A stretch of 64,000 nt of DNA, from the NCBI RefSeq assembly GCF_006345805.1, contig NC_043012.1:33356001-33420000 (forward strand), in the 5' to 3' direction. A program made the translations under genes and the position numbers. Source of the stretch: Octopus sinensis. Lineage: Eukaryota. Below are positions 57,190-64,000 of the stretch, in pieces (position 1 is the first letter of the stretch; every line of letters begins with the position of its first letter). A model generated the notes under the pieces. That model was given only the letters and a program-made list of their open reading frames with translations. It did not search any database and was not told the DNA's origin.

Positions 57190-58597
57190 GCAACCAAGAT
57201 GAATGCATTCATATATATACGCGCGCGCGTACATGTATTACAAAGAACACACACATACACAAATTAATTCGCATAATTGCCTGTGCGTATACACGCATAT
57301 AGACGCAAATACGTCTGTGTATAATACACATATAGATACACTCGTACATGTACGTATAAATACACACATTTCGTACCATGGCAGGTATTTCTTATACTTT
57401 CTCCACGGGTGGTCTTAATATTACTGAAAGAGTTGGCAGCTGTCTTTGAAAATAGCCGAAGGCAGTCGAAAATCTTTCAATCTACATAATGGTTTGGTAA
57501 CGTTTCAATTCCATTTTCTAAATGAACTTTTAATATTGATATCCTTCGGTGTGTGCGATAAACACCGTGATATGAATAATGCACTAATAATTTTCAAGTG
57601 ACATGCGTATATGTGTTCATATCCGTCAATACGTTCGTGTAAGTGTTTGTATGCGTGTATGTATGTATGTATGTATGTATGTATGTATGTATGTATGTAT
57701 GTATGTATGTATGTATGTATGTATGTATGTATGTATTTATGTATGTTTGTTTGTATGTATGTATGTATGTATGTATGTATGTATGTATGTATGTATGTAT
57801 GTATGTATGTATGTATGTGCGTACGTGTGTATAGAATTAAATATCAATTCCATTCTAGTGGTTTCGCACAACTAACGGTCACTGGTTCCAACCAATCGCT
57901 ATCCAGCATTGTGAGTAATCTTCAGCTGGTACATGAAATGAATGCAAGTTGTACACACGGACACGTACGTACATATGTATGCCTGTGTATACGTGTGTGT
58001 ATGTACGTATGTATGTATGTATGTATGCATGTATGTATGCATATATGTATGCATACACACATACACGCATACCTTTTAACTTTTACATTTTACTTATTTC
58101 AGTCATTGGACTGCGGCCATGCTACAATACCACCCTGATGAGTTTATAAATTAACACGCAACTATATACATACTCACACATCGAGATTAGCCGTGACTAT
58201 AAAGTTTAACGAGTGAAGGCTTTATTAAACAGCAATATACAGATTTAGTAAATTTTTACGCCTGATTCGTTCAATGAGTCATATGGAATTTGGGGAGATT
58301 TACTGATCTGAGGTGAGTTTACTAAATTTGGCTTTCTCTTGGTTTCTAGCAGTAAATCAGACGTAGCTGTGTGGTAACAAGTTTTCTTCGCAACCACATG
58401 ATTCCGAGTTCAGTCTCACTGCATAACACCGTGTGCAAGTGTCTTCTACAAGAGCCTCGGGCTGACCACAGACTTGTGAGTGAATTTCGTAGACGGAAAC
58501 TGAAAGAAGCCCGCTCGTGTATATTTATATATATTCAGAATTTCAAATTTTCTCTTTTTTCTCTTTGTGTACATATGTATATATTGTTTCTGCGTGC

Positions 58598-58637
<40 letters not shown>

Positions 58638-58859
58638 TGTGTGTGGTGGGAGTAGATGAGGCTCGTTAGCCGTGGTGAAGGCAACTCTTCAAAACCAGGT
58701 CATAGTAATGACGGTCTCCTCAATTGGCTCCGCTATCAAAGCCATATCTGTTTCATGGGGCCGTTTGGGCTCCTGTTTTGAAACGAAGCCGTGATTAGGA
58801 CAACCAGTATAAGATAATAAAACTCTGAACTAAAATTGACTTTACTACTGCTGTTTGCA

Positions 58860-60040
58860 GTCTCCTTTTGAGGAAAAGCCTAGGAGAATGTGTACATTTC
58901 GGATTCAGAATTAGTTTGAGGAAAACCAAAGTTATGTTTACTTACGCACCAGGACAAACATCTTCTGAAGCAAACATTTTTCGTGAATGGAACAAGGTTA
59001 GAAGTCATTGACACCTTTGTTTACCTTGGAAGCACACTGTCAAGAGATGGCGGTCTTGATGCAGAGATATGTTATCGAATAGGGAAGGGAAGTGTTGCAT
59101 TTGGAAAGCTCGAGAAACGAGTGTGGGCGGATAGAGATATTCCCCCCCCCAAAAAAAAACAGTGTCTGTAAAACGTGGGCATTGACGGCACTTCTTTATT
59201 CGAGTGAGACCCGGACCAATTACAGACGTCATATAAAAATACTGGAGAGATTTCATCAAAAATACCTCAGATGTATCTTGGGAGTCAAGTGGCAATGTTT
59301 CATACTAGATACAGAGATTTTGCGCATGGCGGGTTGTAGCTTAATTGAAAACATGTTATCTTGGCTCAAATAAGATGGGCTGGACATATTATTAGAATGA
59401 AAGATTAGCGATCGCCAAGAGTCTTTTTTATGGTGAGCTCATTTCTGGTAAGCGACCACAACATAAGCTGAGGAATAGGTATAAAGTATGTGTGAAGAAA
59501 AACCTGAAGAAACTAGATATGAACAAAAGTGATTGGAAATTGATGTTCTAGATCGGAACTAGTGGGGAGGCGCTGTTAGGATTGGTTGCAATGCCTGGGA
59601 GGAGAAGATGATTTAGCAATCTGGGTTTAAAAGGGCCTGTCGCAAAGGAACAATTGGAACTGAAATCAACAGTGACCATTGGATATTATTATGTGTGACC
59701 GTGTTCTGTTGTCTAAAGCGGAATACGTGAATCATATGAAGTCACATGAAAATCGATATGCCCAGGTAGGTAATAATCTTGAACCCCAACCGCTGATTAT
59801 GACTTGTGTCATATGTCACAAAACTTGTAAGACAATATCTGGACTTAAAAAACGTGCAAGTTCGCAAAGACATTCCTTCAGGATCAGATTCCAAAAGGCA
59901 AAGATGTAGAAGAAATTTGAATAATATTTGTCACTTGTGTTTTAAACCCTGTCAGTCAGCAACTGGTCTTAAAAGTCATCTCCGTTGGAGGGATTGTGCT
60001 GTGTGATGGGGTGTGGTGTGTGTTGATGGGATGGCTATCA
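58860..60040 (+). pseudogene. RTE-clade LINE 3' fragment with three C-terminal C2H2-like fingers
   Basis: NGTRLEVIDTFVYLGSTLSRDGGLDAEICYRIGKGSVAFGKL; LERFHQKYLRCILGVKW; then CDRVLLSKAEYVNHMKSH, CVICHKTCKTISGLKK, CHLCFKPCQSATGLKSHLR. Confidence 0.85.
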
Positions 60041-60539
60041 TATGTCAAAATGAAGCAATCATATATATATATATACACACACAGACACACACACACACAT
60101 ATATATATGTATTTACGTATGTATGTATGTATGTATGTATGTATGTATGTATGTATGTATGTATGTATGTATGTATGTATGTATGTATGTATGTGTGTAT
60201 GTGTTTGTCCTCCACAATCGCTTGACAACCAATGTTGGCGTGTTTATGTCCCCGTAACTTACCGGTTCGACAGAATATACTAAAAGTACCAAGGTTAAAA
60301 ATCATTAAGTTCTGGGATCAATTCATTCGACTAAAACATTTTTCAAGGGGTGTGGGAGTAAGTCAATTACGACGACCACAGTGTTCAACTGGTACTTATC
60401 GACCCGGAAAGGATGAAAGGCAAATTCGACCTCGGCAGAATTTGAACTCAGAACGTAAAGACGGATGAAATACCACAATGCATTTTGCCGTTCGTGCGAA
60501 CGAGTATGCCAGCTCGCTGCCTATATATAGATTTCAAAT

Positions 60540-60960
60540 TTTGGCACAAGGCCAGCAATTTTGGGTGGGTAATGGATAAATCGATTGCATTGACCTAGTG
60601 GTCAAATTGTACTTATTTTAGCGACCCCGAAAGGATGAAAGGAAAAGCCGACCTCGGCGGAATTTGAAGACGGATGAAATGCCACTAAGCATTTTGTCCG
60701 GCATGCTAACGATTCTGTCAGCTTGACGCCTCAGTGAGCTGGCAGAAACGTAAGCGCGCCGGGCGAAATTCTTAGCGGTATTTCGTCTGTCGTTACGTTC
60801 TGAGTTCAAATTCCACCGAGGTCGACTTTGCCTTTTATCCTTTCGGGATCGATAAATAAAGTACCAGTTTCGCACTGGGGTCGATATAATCGACTTAATC
60901 CCTTTGTCTGTCCTTGTTTGTCCCCCCTATGTTTAGCCCCTTGTGGGCAGTATAGAAATA
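60540..60960. mobile_element. Head-to-head pair of S3 SINEs (60540-60723 minus, 60737-60960 plus)
   Basis: gctaacgattctgtcagct / ~13-nt spacer / agctggcagaaacgtaagc. Confidence 0.8.
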
Positions 60961-61664
60961 TATATATATTAATAGTTAAATTATGATTGTTAAGTTATAT
61001 TGTTATTAAAAACTCAAGGTTCATATATTTTAAGATTACAGACAATGAAAGCCGAAAAGGGAAATGAATAACTGTGTTGGCTGAAGGAATGACAAGATGG
61101 TGTGTTTGTGTGTGTGTGTTGCTTGTTTAATTGAATGTTTGTACGTGGGTGGTGGTAATCGTGTTTGTGCCTTGCTTGTTGGAGTGTGGTTATGACTACA
61201 AACAAGTATGTGTTATATACGTGTGTAAAAAGGGGGTTCCATAGAATTATTAGCATCTCACATTATGTCGGTATAGATATTAGAAATAGTGAAATTATTC
61301 ATACTAAAATGCTAGGCATGTATAAAACAAAGAAAGTAAAACAAAACAGAATAAGTGTAACAGCGAAATAAGGTTTGATCATAAATGACTAATAATAGGT
61401 GTTGTGTTACTAACAATAGATATTTTGTTACTAGTTAACGCGTGTGTAGCGTGGCTTACAAGATTACATAGTTCCGGGTCAGTTTCACTGCGTACGTTAC
61501 CTTGGGTAAGTGTCTTCTACTATAGCCTAGAGACGACCAAAGACTTGTGAGTGGACTTTGTAGAGAGAAACTGAAAGAAGCCCGTCGTATACATACATAT
61601 TTCTTTACTACCCAAAGGGGCTAAACACAGAGGGGACAAAGTAGCTTCTAAGTGGAAGTGAAGG

Positions 61665-61985
61665 CAGCATGTTGTTTGTCTATCTCTAACTTCTTAGAGA
61701 TTTTAGGTAAAATTATACTAATGTGTCCATCTGGTTTATATTTAATTAAATTCTATGTCTTTGTACAGCTGAGGATTGCTCTGCATTTAAATTGATGTAA
61801 TTATTGAATTGTTAATTTAAATAGAGTTGCGTGAAACGATCGTACTGCATTACCTCTGGATATCCTTGTTGCTTGTTTTGATTCTAATCACCTTATTTTG
61901 GAATTGCATGGAGAATACTGCACTAAATTCTGGTGCCTCAACTTAAGTACCATATTCAACTGAATCTAAATTTTTGCTGAACCAG
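61665..61985 (+). repeat. Second copy of the 5775-6095 hammerhead-bearing repeat
   Basis: Direct homology; followed by (CA)n. Confidence 0.85.
61763..61850 (+). ncRNA. Type I hammerhead motif with long stem II (paralogue of 5874-5962)
   Basis: ACAG-CUGAGGA-UUGCUCUGCAUUUAAAUUGA...UUAAUUUAAAUAGAGUUGCGU-GAAA-CGAUCGU-A-CUGCA. Confidence 0.6.
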
Positions 61986-61986
61986 A

Positions 61987-61989
<3 letters not shown>

Positions 61990-62049
<60 letters not shown>

Positions 62050-62724
62050 CATACATACATACATACATACATACGTACATACATACGTACATACATACAT
62101 ACACATACATACATACATACACACACATACATACATACATACATACATACATGCATACACATACATACATATACATACATACACACACATACATACATAC
62201 ATGCATACATACATGCATACATACATACATACATACACATACATACATACATACATACGTACATACATACATACATACATACATACATACGTACATACTT
62301 ACGTACATACATACATACACATACATACATACACATACATACATACATACATACATACATGCATACACATACTTACATACATACATACATAAATACATAC
62401 ATACATACATACATGCATGCATACATACATACACATACATACATACATACGTACATACATACATACATACATACATACATACATACACATACATACATAC
62501 ACACACACACATAATACATACATACATACATACATAGATATACATACATACATACACACACATACATACATACATACATACATACATACGTACATACATA
62601 CATACATACACACACACACATAATACATACATACATACATACATAGATATACATACATACATACACACACATACATACATACATACATACATACATACGT
62701 ACATACATACATACATACATACAT

Positions 62725-62755
<31 letters not shown>

Positions 62756-62910
62756 TAATACATACATACATACATACATAGATATACATACATACATACA
62801 CACACATACATACATACATACATACATACATACATACATACGTACATCTACATACACACATACATACATACATACATACATACATACATACATACATACA
62901 TGCATACATG
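61990..62910. repeat. (CA)n then (ACAT)n array with higher-order repeats
   Basis: Marker cacacacataatacatacatacatacatagatat recurs near 62505, 62615 and 62750. Confidence 0.95.
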
Positions 62911-63654
62911 CATATTTTGCTTTTCTTATTCTATTGTTCTGGATTAAATAAGAACATTGAATTCAGATGATGTAGGTGCATATTTGTCAAACTGCACCTG
63001 CAATTGTGCAGCCGGAAGTAAAGCCATTATAAATATTGCCTTATTGTTTGTTTTAGGCAACATCTTATTTATTTTATGCTATCAACTTGATGCACATTAC
63101 TGCACCACTCGATGCAATTTATAAATATATAATCTGTGGATTGAAAGACATTAAGAAATTTGCCTTTTGTGTAAATGTTTGCGTGCACCAGCTCGTGCAT
63201 CCGTGCAGTTTTTATATACGTTTAAGCGAGCATATATAAAAGCGTTCATGTGTGGTTTTAAGCGCGTGAATGGACGTGTATGTTTTGCATTACCACACAC
63301 AAACACACACACACACACACACAAACACATATACATACACACATATGTTTAGGGGTCGATACGGAAGCTCGATAGATCTGAATTGAAATGTTAGTTCCTT
63401 CAAAAATTTACTCTGTTGACCTCTGTATACGCATCTTGTACTCTGCCTGTACATATACATAGGCTAAGGATTGTACTTTGCCATGGTTGCCAATTGTGCC
63501 ACTTCAAGTATTTCCTGACCACTGGACTTCATTAACCCAAAAGAGATTGTGAAACTAAATCCTGATATATTGTTGCTTTGGTTCTCTGTTTTCTCTATTA
63601 CAGCACATTTTAATTTACAACAACAACAACAACAACAACAATAATAATAATAAT

Positions 63655-63845
63655 CCTATCTACTATGGGCACAAGGCCTGAAATTTTGGGGGAGGGGACT
63701 AGTCGATTACATCGATTTCAGTCTTTCACTGGTACTTAATTTATCGATCCAGAAATGATGAAAAGCAAAGTCGGAATTTGAACTCACAACGTAGTGACGG
63801 GTGAAATGCCGCTAAGCATTTTTGTCAAGCGTGCTATCGATTCTG
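63655..63845 (-). mobile_element. S3 SINE with (TAA)n-strand tail; further tail fragment at 63880-63925
   Basis: Reverse complement of the S3 head and tail. Confidence 0.75.
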
Positions 63846-64000
63846 CCAGCTTACTGCCTTAATCATAATCATAATAATAATAATAGTCCTTTCTACTATA
63901 GGCACAAGGCCTGAAATTTTGGGGAAGGGAGCAAATTGTTCAATTATATCTTTTTCCTTCTCTCATTAATTGGTTTATAATTATCGTACAACCTTCCTTC

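Noticed and set aside
57432-57482. Hairpin followed by CGAAA, hammerhead-like
   Set aside because: No correctly spaced CUGANGA core and no consistent stem I.
61943-62909. Long MYVC/HTYI ORFs (also 44434-45206, 48551-48923, 57603-58138)
   Set aside because: Translations of (ACAT)n microsatellites.

Overview
Repeat-saturated, AT-rich eukaryotic non-coding DNA (intronic or intergenic). The tRNA-head SINE families and extreme microsatellite load are most consistent with an octopus genome; this is inferred from repeat families, not searched. I found no host protein-coding gene, rRNA, genuine tRNA or CRISPR array, and nearly all long ORFs in the track are microsatellite or low-complexity artefacts. 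Real coding remnants are all transposon-derived: a well-preserved 5'-truncated Tx1 (L1-clade) retrotransposon flanked by (ATCT)n on both sides (962-4270), five R4/Dong-type restriction-like-endonuclease LINE fragments (two flanked by (TAA)n), RTE-clade fragments (one ending in three C2H2-like fingers), a Gypsy gag-protease remnant, and mariner, Tc1 and piggyBac-type DNA transposon remnants. The main hidden signal is at least eight hammerhead-ribozyme motifs read by eye in about six different repeat families. All are type I with a self-complementary palindrome in place of a stem III hairpin, with six different palindromes across the set. One carries a compensatory U3-A8 swap of the catalytic C3-G8 pair and sits in the loop of a 72-bp inverted repeat; another has G at position 3. 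Secondary signals are a non-coding ~550-bp element almost always next to (TAA)n, a 2-kb cluster of fold-back structures, and nested insertions with readable target-site duplications. Coordinates were counted by hand; element boundaries are approximate.
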